A stretch of DNA of 42,589 nt. Origin: a virus. Lineage: Duplodnaviria; Caudoviricetes. The notes under the pieces were generated by a model. That model searched no databases and was not told the origin of the DNA. It saw nothing but the letters and a program-made list of their open reading frames with translations. The stretch is taken from positions 1-42,589 of IMG/VR virus record IMGVR_UViG_3300017766_002609; one strand, given 5' to 3'. The stretch's first letter is position 1. Each line of letters starts with the position of its first letter. Below, piece after piece: positions 35,340 to 41,434 of this stretch. The translations under genes and the position numbers were made by a program.

Positions 35340-35557
35340 GGCTTCACCCGGTACTGGATCGACCGGCAGATGTCCCGGTACAGGGCGCGGAAGGCCCCGA
35401 CCGGGTTGCCGTTCGCCTGCTGGACGAAGTCGCGGCCAAAGTCGACCACGGCCACGAACACGCTGCAGGGCCAGTAGATCAGGATACCGATGGCCCCGAG
35501 CACGAAGGCCAGCAGCTCAAGGGCCACGCCGGCCGCCACCTCGACGAGGCGGCTCAC
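35336..35557 (-). CDS. Early membrane protein (73 aa)
   Basis: Hydrophobic N-terminal half; overlapping stops and starts. Confidence 0.6.
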   Translation of the reverse strand: MSRLVEVAAGVALELLAFVLGAIGILIYWPCSVFVAVVDFGRDFVQQANGNPVGAFRALYRDICRSIQYRVKP

Positions 35558-35775
35558 TGGACCACCGCCTGCGGGATGATGCCTGCGGCGACGTAGCGGT
35601 TCACGTCGCGCTCGGTGACGAACTGGACCTGCCGCTCGGTGCGCCCGCCCTTGGGGGCCGGGACATCGAGGGTCAGCTCGACGGTGCCGTTCTGGCGGGC
35701 GAAGGCGTCGTAGCCGAGCGCCGCGAAGGTGGCGAGGGTGTCGCGTTGGAACTTGGTGATCTTCTGGGTCTTCAT
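35554..35775 (-). CDS. Early hypothetical protein (73 aa)
   Basis: ATG 35775 lies 1 nt after the upstream stop (MKTQKITKF...). Confidence 0.65.
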   Translation of the reverse strand: MKTQKITKFQRDTLATFAALGYDAFARQNGTVELTLDVPAPKGGRTERQVQFVTERDVNRYVAAGIIPQAVVQ

Positions 35776-35776
35776 G

Positions 35777-36052
35777 TCAGGTGGGCTCGGTTGCGGTGTC
35801 GTTGGAGATGGTGATGGTGGAGCCGGTCGGGAGCGGGTCCCAGCTTTCGGCATTGATGCTGCGGCAATACTCGCCGACCGCCCAGCAGGGGTCGCCGTCG
35901 TCAGCCTGCAGACAGACGCAGCTGTGATCGCTGAGGATCAGCACGACGGTGCCGGGGCTGGCGAAGCGGGCGCTCCCGCCCCTGCCCCGGGCGAGGTACG
36001 GGAAGGCCGGCCGGGTCGGCTTGGGCTCGACCACCTTGGTGATGATGGCCAT
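35777..36052 (-). CDS. Early hypothetical protein (91 aa)
   Basis: GAGGAGG RBS; tight packing. Confidence 0.7.
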   Translation of the reverse strand: MAIITKVVEPKPTRPAFPYLARGRGGSARFASPGTVVLILSDHSCVCLQADDGDPCWAVGEYCRSINAESWDPLPTGSTITISNDTATEPT

Positions 36053-36053
36053 G

Positions 36054-36347
36054 TCAGTTGCCCTCCTCGGTGGCGCGGTAGATGGCCGCAGCGTGGGCGC
36101 GCAGCTGCCGGTACAGGTTGGTGGTGGTGACCGACAGGTGGGCCTTGCGGCTCCCGTCTTCGCCCGGGAGGAAGACCCGGCCGGCGGCCTTGTTCGCGTC
36201 CGGGGCGTCCGGGATGGCCGACCTGTTCTTGGACAGCGAGTCCCGCAGGTAGGTCAGCGGCTGGTGCGGCAGGGTGTGGGCCGTCAGGGTGTACAGGGCG
36301 AGAAGCTCGGTCTCGGTCAGGGTGATGGTGTAGGTCTTTTCGATCAC
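36054..36347 (-). CDS. Early hypothetical protein (97 aa)
   Basis: GGAGA RBS; GTGA overlap. Confidence 0.65.
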   Translation of the reverse strand: MIEKTYTITLTETELLALYTLTAHTLPHQPLTYLRDSLSKNRSAIPDAPDANKAAGRVFLPGEDGSRKAHLSVTTTNLYRQLRAHAAAIYRATEEGN

Positions 36348-36577
36348 GAGTGGGTCTCCAGCAGGCCCGGGGCAGCCTCGGGCGGGATCAGGGTGAAGTC
36401 GTTGGGGGCGGCCAGATACTCGAACTCCTTGTCCGAGCGCAGGGTGGACGGGACAGCCACCACGTAGGGGCTCACGTAGCCCGGGCGGTGGCCGATGATG
36501 GTGCCCGCCTTGGGCGGACCGACACGCGGCCGGAGCAGCACGCGGGTCCCGACGGGGTGCAGGGTGTGGAAGTTCAC
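36344..36577 (-). CDS. Early hypothetical protein, SH3-like pattern (77 aa)
   Basis: GTG 36577 overlaps the upstream stop; PVGTRV...GTIIG...YVV. Confidence 0.6.
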   Translation of the reverse strand: MNFHTLHPVGTRVLLRPRVGPPKAGTIIGHRPGYVSPYVVAVPSTLRSDKEFEYLAAPNDFTLIPPEAAPGLLETHS

Positions 36578-36831
36578 GGGGTCACCTTCTTGGCCAGCTT
36601 GAGGAAGATCAGCCGCTCGTAGATGGACGAGCCGTCCGATGTGGAGCAGCTGGGGGAGGCGAGGCAGGGGCGCAGCGTGCCCCGGCCATCGAACGCGCAG
36701 CCGACGCACGGCCGCTGGGTGCTACCCTTCACGGCCACGTAGTGCCCCCCGGGGAGCGAGAAGGTGTCCCCGGGCTTCAGGCGGACGTGGCCGGAGTGGT
36801 CTTTGGTCCCCAGCCGGTATTCGTAGTGCAT
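36574..36831 (-). CDS. Cys4 early protein (paralogue of 35124-35339)
   Basis: TFSLPGGHYV...CVGCAF...C...P.C...IF; GGAGA RBS. Confidence 0.7.
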   Translation of the reverse strand: MHYEYRLGTKDHSGHVRLKPGDTFSLPGGHYVAVKGSTQRPCVGCAFDGRGTLRPCLASPSCSTSDGSSIYERLIFLKLAKKVTP

Positions 36832-36833
36832 GG

Positions 36834-37130
36834 TCAGGTCTCCAGTGTGAGGTGCAGCCGGATGAAGTCAGCCTCGCGGTCCTGATCTTCCCAGCGGTCG
36901 GGCTCGACGTTGACCCGGCAGCGCAGCGACTTCAGGCGCTGGCGCAGATGGTCGACCGTGGGGATGGTCAGGTTCCACAGCGGGATGCGCTCGGGCCGGA
37001 CATGGGGCCGGCGGGTGATGACGACGACCGCGCAGCTGTCCACGAAGTCGACCATGGACCCGATGGAGCCCCCGTAGATGCCGTAGGGGACGATGACGGG
37101 GCCGATGTAGTCCACCGAGGGCCGGCTCAC
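36834..37130 (-). CDS. Early hypothetical protein (98 aa)
   Basis: GTG 37130 overlaps the upstream TGA. Confidence 0.55.
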   Translation of the reverse strand: MSRPSVDYIGPVIVPYGIYGGSIGSMVDFVDSCAVVVITRRPHVRPERIPLWNLTIPTVDHLRQRLKSLRCRVNVEPDRWEDQDREADFIRLHLTLET

Positions 37131-37510
37131 GGCACGGCCCCCAGCTTGTCGTTCAGCAGGTCGATCAGGCGGACCAGCAGGGCGCGGCGAAAGGCCCCAT
37201 GGGCGTTGCCCGGGTCCCACGTGGTGGCCGCGTCGCTGTGGGCATCGTAGGCCTCGGCCGCGGCGGCGTTGGTCGTCGCGCCGCAGGCGAACTCGACCGG
37301 GTAGGTCGCGTCCAGCCCCAGCTCGATGAAGCAGTAGGTCAGCAGGGACAGGTTGTAGGAGCGGCCCTCGGCAGCCGCCGACACGTTCCGGCAGATGCCC
37401 GCATAGTCCCGGTGGGGGCGGTCCGGGTCGATCAGCCGGAGGAAGCGGAGAAGGCGCTGCACGTCCCCGCGGAACCACGACGTGCCGCTGATTTCGATGT
37501 ACTGGTTCAC
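37127..37510 (-). CDS. Early hypothetical protein (127 aa)
   Basis: GTG 37510 overlaps the upstream TGA; GIC...YPV...W...G..RR.LL pattern. Confidence 0.65.
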   Translation of the reverse strand: MNQYIEISGTSWFRGDVQRLLRFLRLIDPDRPHRDYAGICRNVSAAAEGRSYNLSLLTYCFIELGLDATYPVEFACGATTNAAAAEAYDAHSDAATTWDPGNAHGAFRRALLVRLIDLLNDKLGAVP

Positions 37511-37743
37511 GGGTAGGTCCCCCACTTGTCGAAGGTGATGCCGCCGAGGAGGTTCAGCTGCACGACACGGTACCGGCAGCCGGACAGCGGGCGGTTCAGG
37601 TCGACCCACTCGGAGACCTCGCGGCGGTCAGCAGCGGACCGGATGGCGATGATGCGGCCCTTGCGGTCATAGATGGCGACCCGGTACGGGGCCAGCAGGC
37701 GGGACAGCTCGGCCGCAGCGCGGCGCAGGAAGGTGGCGATCAC
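37507..37743 (-). CDS. Early hypothetical protein (78 aa)
   Basis: GAGGA RBS; GTGA coupling. Confidence 0.6.
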   Translation of the reverse strand: MIATFLRRAAAELSRLLAPYRVAIYDRKGRIIAIRSAADRREVSEWVDLNRPLSGCRYRVVQLNLLGGITFDKWGTYP

Positions 37744-37943
37744 GGGATGTAGTCCTCGACGAAGTGGGCGCAGCCCCGAAGGGCGGTCAGGTGTTCGGCC
37801 AGCCGCTGGGCGGTGGCGCGGTCCCCCAGAATCACTGGGGTGCCGTCAGCGTACAGCACGGTCCGCTGGCTTGCAAGGCGGACCCGGCCGGTGGTGTAGC
37901 GGCGCACCGTGAGGCGCACCGGGTGGTCGTGAAGGGGGCTCAC
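37740..37943 (-). CDS. Early hypothetical protein (67 aa)
   Basis: GTGA coupling on both sides. Confidence 0.55.
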   Translation of the reverse strand: MSPLHDHPVRLTVRRYTTGRVRLASQRTVLYADGTPVILGDRATAQRLAEHLTALRGCAHFVEDYIP

Positions 37944-38164
37944 AGTACGGTCACCCCGCGGATGGCCCAGTAGGTCAGCGAGACCTTGAACAGGGGCTCG
38001 GGGAACTTCCCCCGGATGATGTCGTAGACCCGGCGGGCTCGCTGTTCCGTGCCGGCGACTTCGGTGGCGAACAGGTGGGAGTAGGCCGGTCCGCCGTCGA
38101 AGCGGAATCCGTCCTGCTGGGCGACGTTGATGATCCAGTGCGATTCGTGGCGACCAGCGGCCAT
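37940..38164 (-). CDS. Early hypothetical protein (74 aa)
   Basis: GAGGA RBS; INV...HLFAT...KFP...V pattern. Confidence 0.65.
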   Translation of the reverse strand: MAAGRHESHWIINVAQQDGFRFDGGPAYSHLFATEVAGTEQRARRVYDIIRGKFPEPLFKVSLTYWAIRGVTVL

Positions 38165-38167
38165 GGG

Positions 38168-38380
38168 TCAGTCCTCGATGAAGTCCAGTTCACTCGGGTG
38201 AACGGACATGGTCTGGTAGGCCTTGCCCAGCAGCGGCAGGGTCTTGAATTGGATGGTGAGCGGCCACAGCGGCTGCCGGCGGCCAATGTCGGCCGTCACC
38301 GTGGCGACGTGACCCTCGCGGGCCCCGAAGCCGGTGACACCGGGCCGCAGCTTGCAGCGCCTGCCGATGTAGTCGGACAT
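38168..38380 (-). CDS. Early hypothetical protein, SH3-like pattern (70 aa)
   Basis: ATG 38380 after GAGG; IGRRCKL...ATV...P.TIQF...HPSELDFI. Confidence 0.6.
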   Translation of the reverse strand: MSDYIGRRCKLRPGVTGFGAREGHVATVTADIGRRQPLWPLTIQFKTLPLLGKAYQTMSVHPSELDFIED

Positions 38381-38388
38381 GGGGCGCC

Positions 38389-38991
38389 TCAGAAGTCGAA
38401 CGAGACCTGAGCGGTCGACAGGACCGCGTTCTCCAGCGTGCCGGGGCGGACCCCGGACTTGATGCAGATGCCGCACCAGATGGCCGCTTGGGTCTGGGCC
38501 ATGGTCCAGCCGCGCGCCTTGGCGATGGCCCCGCACAGCTTGTAGGCGGCGGCCATGTTGTCCTTGCGGGTCACCACGGCCTGAGGCACGCCCAGCGCCT
38601 TGGCCATCCACACGTCCAGCACCAGCGCCGATTCATCGCCCAGCAGGCACCGGGCGAAGGCGCTGGTCTTGGGGCCGCGGATTTCACCGGTCTCCAGCAG
38701 GTGGTTCAGCGAGGCCACAAGGCCCCGCATGGTGCCCTGCAGGACCATACCGTACCGCATGAAGGCTACGGTGTTGTCCCAGTTGCGCTTCACGCTGCAG
38801 CGAGGGGACAGGACGGCCATCACAGCCACGAAGCGGTCGCGGTCCCAGCCGTTCAGCTCACAGTGGCGGGCGATGGTCTGCCGCGCCCCAGCGTACCAGT
38901 CACGGTGCGGGGCACCGATGGTGGCGAGGTTGTCGAGATGCGCCATCATGCGCTTGCCAGCCACGATGCGATGCTTCAGTTCACGGGCCAT
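38389..38991 (-). CDS. Early protein with putative HhH/DNA-glycosylase-like fold (200 aa)
   Basis: WY...AVLSPR...N...GPKTSAF...G....VLDVW...QAAIW; the GPKT hairpin and downstream Asp resemble HhH-GPD enzymes. Confidence 0.65.
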   Translation of the reverse strand: MARELKHRIVAGKRMMAHLDNLATIGAPHRDWYAGARQTIARHCELNGWDRDRFVAVMAVLSPRCSVKRNWDNTVAFMRYGMVLQGTMRGLVASLNHLLETGEIRGPKTSAFARCLLGDESALVLDVWMAKALGVPQAVVTRKDNMAAAYKLCGAIAKARGWTMAQTQAAIWCGICIKSGVRPGTLENAVLSTAQVSFDF

Positions 38992-39084
38992 GGTAGGTCT
39001 CCAGTAGGCTTTACGATGGACCCCGCGGGGCCCATGGGAAAGCCAGACAGGGCCCCGTAGGGCCCCGCTGGATGGTGGTGGTGA

Positions 39085-39453
39085 TTACACGTCCGGCTGC
39101 TGGTCAGCCGTGACCAGCGTGTCGGTACCGGTCTCGCTGACGATCAGGCCGATGGCGTCCTGCCGGTACAGCGCCGCGAGGGCCGACAGCAGGGTCCGCA
39201 GTCGCGGCAGGTTGTCGCGGTCGATGACAGCCATCACAGTGGCCGCCGATTCGCAGGCCACGTTGGCCCAGACGCCCACCTGAGTGTCTTCGTGGGGCTC
39301 GCTGGGGACCAGCAGGGGCCGCTGCAGCACAGTCTCGGCGAGGCCGTCGACAGTGTAGAACAGCTGGGTCTTGAACGCGCACCAGTCGGCCGGCGACATG
39401 GGCTCGGAGCCGACGCAGCGGCCGATGGACGCGACGATGATGGTCTTGGACAT
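39085..39453 (-). CDS. Putative S-adenosylmethionine lyase (SAMase-like), first early gene (122 aa)
   Basis: G.W....E.....V...L..LA..Y.QDAI resembles the T3 SAMase/phage SAM lyase pattern; GGAG RBS; gene-0.3 position. Confidence 0.6.
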   Translation of the reverse strand: MSKTIIVASIGRCVGSEPMSPADWCAFKTQLFYTVDGLAETVLQRPLLVPSEPHEDTQVGVWANVACESAATVMAVIDRDNLPRLRTLLSALAALYRQDAIGLIVSETGTDTLVTADQQPDV

Positions 39454-39962
39454 GGTGATGCTCCAGTGGGGGAGGGTACAGCCTATGGGCAAAAGGCGCT
39501 GAAGTCCAGCGCCCTTTCCGATAGACCGGGCGGGCCTGCTGAGAAGCAGTACCCGCCGGGTTTGCTCGGTGTGTCCTCGATGCCAAGTCCGACCGACGCG
39601 CTGGGGTGACACCATGGTGACCCATGGGGGACGGTCCCCGGTCGGTCTACAGCCCCGCACCGTTCGCCGCCATGCCCTTCCCGCCGTCCTACCTTGTGCA
39701 TCGTCAATGGGCGGTCTAGCTGTCTGCTAGTGGTGGCTCGTTGGCTCACCCCGCTGCCTTGGACCCGGCAGTTCCCTGCCGTGTCCCATGGGGCCATACC
39801 GTATAGGCGGTACCCCATGCCCGGATTGCTGGTGCTCCCCGGTCCCCCAGTCCGATCACGAGTCTGGGTCCTCGACTGATAGCGTCAGTTCGCGCCCCGT
39901 TATCGGAAGGGACCAGCCGGGTCGATTGCCTGTACAAGGTACCGACGCACTCCGTACCACTT
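39454..39962 (-). ncRNA. Structured early leader RNA (candidate)
   Basis: No convincing ORF; many nested inverted repeats (see findings); downstream of three host promoters. Confidence 0.45.
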
Positions 39963-39969
39963 GGACCGC

Positions 39970-39998
39970 ACTATACTCCGCTTGCCTGCCCTTGTCAA
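39970..39998 (-). promoter_or_regulatory. Host sigma70 early promoter (A3-like)
   Basis: TTGACA-17 nt-TATAGT. Confidence 0.9.
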
Positions 39999-40048
39999 CC
40001 CCCCTTGGGGCTGACCCGGTACCGCTTACCGCTTACCACTTGCCGCCC

Positions 40049-40077
40049 ATCCTATGCTAGTTCGGCTCGCTTGTCAA
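40049..40077 (-). promoter_or_regulatory. Host sigma70 early promoter (A2-like)
   Basis: TTGACA-17 nt-TAGGAT. Confidence 0.85.
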
Positions 40078-40167
40078 CCCCCCGCCCTAAGGCCTAAAGG
40101 TCGACCATCCGTTCAGGGTCCGCCACGATTCGGCGTCCGGAAGACCCTGTCCCGATGCTGCGATGCC

Positions 40168-40196
40168 ATCTTGCCACACTCGCCGACCCTTGTCAA
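40168..40196 (-). promoter_or_regulatory. Host sigma70 early promoter (A1-like)
   Basis: TTGACA-17 nt-CAAGAT with extended -10 TG. Confidence 0.75.
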
Positions 40197-40584
40197 CCCC
40201 CCTTGGGGAGTGCCGCGGGTCGACTTGTGTAAAGGGCGATGCCCCGAGGGGCCCGGGTGGCGGTGGCCGCCTCCCGATGGACACCACTATCCCCCCTTTC
40301 GATCCGACTTGCAAGCGGCTGTGGATGAACGGTATGGATCGGCCGATGAACGGCAAAAATGGGTCGTTGGGCGGCCCGGATAGATCGCGCGATGCGCGCG
40401 GGTGATGCGCGATGCGTGCGTGCGCGATCCATCTGGGGGCCTGAGGCGTGCCTGCGGGGTGCGCGTGGGGTGCGCGTGGGCGCCACCCGGGTGCGCGTGC
40501 GTTGCGCGTGATATGGAAAATTCACCCCAGCGAACGAGAATGTTACCGATCGGTCACATCCTGCCCCCTCGGCCCCCTTTCGAC

Positions 40585-40708
40585 CCCCTGAGGGCCCCGG
40601 ATGGATCGTGCGGGGGCGCGTGCGCGTGCCTGCGTGGGCGCCATGCGGGCCCATGCGAGCCCCCCGAGGTCCCCTGAGGGCCCCGGATGGATCGTGCGGG
40701 GGCGCGTG
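40585..40708. repeat. Perfect 38-bp direct repeat (40585-40622, 40671-40708) within a GCGCGTG-rich non-coding tract
   Basis: cccctgagggccccggatggatcgtgcgggggcgcgtg occurs twice, 86 nt apart start to start. Confidence 0.9.
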
Positions 40709-40860
40709 GGGGCGCCCACGGCCGTCCGCGTGATGCCCGAGGGGGTGCGCGGGGGCGGCCGTGGGCGCGCGTGAGGCTGGGGGGGGGGTACCGGGGGGAA
40801 GCCGCCGCCAGTCGCTACGATTATGCCACTTCGGATTTTTCCGGGATTTTGCCGGGGACC

Positions 40861-41205
40861 TCACTGGCCCCCAGCGTACCCCTCGCAGACCCACTGGAAC
40901 GCCTTGGTCTTCGCCAGCTTCGGCAGGATGTCCACCTCGACGCGCCTGCGAATCTGCGTGTGGGGGATGAACATGATGCCCGACACGTTCCGGTCGGCCT
41001 CCTGCAGGCCCTCATTGAGGTCCGACAGGGCCGCTGAGGCGCACAGGGCGACGTACTGGGCGGTCTCCTTGAAGACGAAGCCGACCGATACGATGGGCAG
41101 GGGCTCGTCTGAGCCGGCCGAGCACTCCTCGGTGGACACCCACGGGCCGTTGGTGGGGCTGTAGGAGTCGGTCCACTCGATCACTGTCAGGACATCATGG
41201 GACAT
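40861..41205 (-). CDS. Last late gene, hypothetical (114 aa)
   Basis: VIEWTDS...W...SVGFV.KET...V.L...G.MFIP pattern; downstream of terL and the right-end promoter. Confidence 0.7.
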   Translation of the reverse strand: MSHDVLTVIEWTDSYSPTNGPWVSTEECSAGSDEPLPIVSVGFVFKETAQYVALCASAALSDLNEGLQEADRNVSGIMFIPHTQIRRRVEVDILPKLAKTKAFQWVCEGYAGGQ

Positions 41206-41398
41206 AGCTGGGTCTCTTGGGGGTCTGGTCTACCCCCGAAGGGGCTATGGTGGGGCTACGGGTACCCCATGGATGGGGGGTAGGGAGGGGTCTGGGTCAG
41301 TTACTCTCACGGTGGAGGCTAGGCTACCCCCTCTAAGGTCCTACAGGTACCCTACTAAGTACCTATAGTACCTTAAAGGGAGAATGTTTCCCCATCCC

Positions 41399-41412
41399 GG
41401 GTGAACGAGGGG
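41399..41412 (-). promoter_or_regulatory. Putative phage RNAP promoter (phiOR-equivalent)
   Basis: Exact CCCCTCGTTCACCC just after the terL stop, followed by an AT-richer GGTAC-repeat tract. Confidence 0.72.
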
Positions 41413-41434
41413 GTCGAAAGTCCCCTTGATTTCC

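Noticed and set aside
39454-39962. Known ribozyme or tRNA in the early leader or after the capsid gene
   Set aside because: I found no hammerhead CUGANGA/GAAA core or tRNA T-loop consensus by eye; a covariance-model search is still needed.
40585-40708. 38-bp direct repeat as a mini-CRISPR array
   Set aside because: Only two copies, in a low-complexity GC tract; the intervening sequence resembles the flanks, and no cas genes or leader are present.
39454-40860. ORFs listed in the non-coding end region (e.g. 40193-40894, 39483-39818, 40087-40356)
   Set aside because: They lack an RBS, have atypical composition, and overlap promoters, hairpins and repeats.
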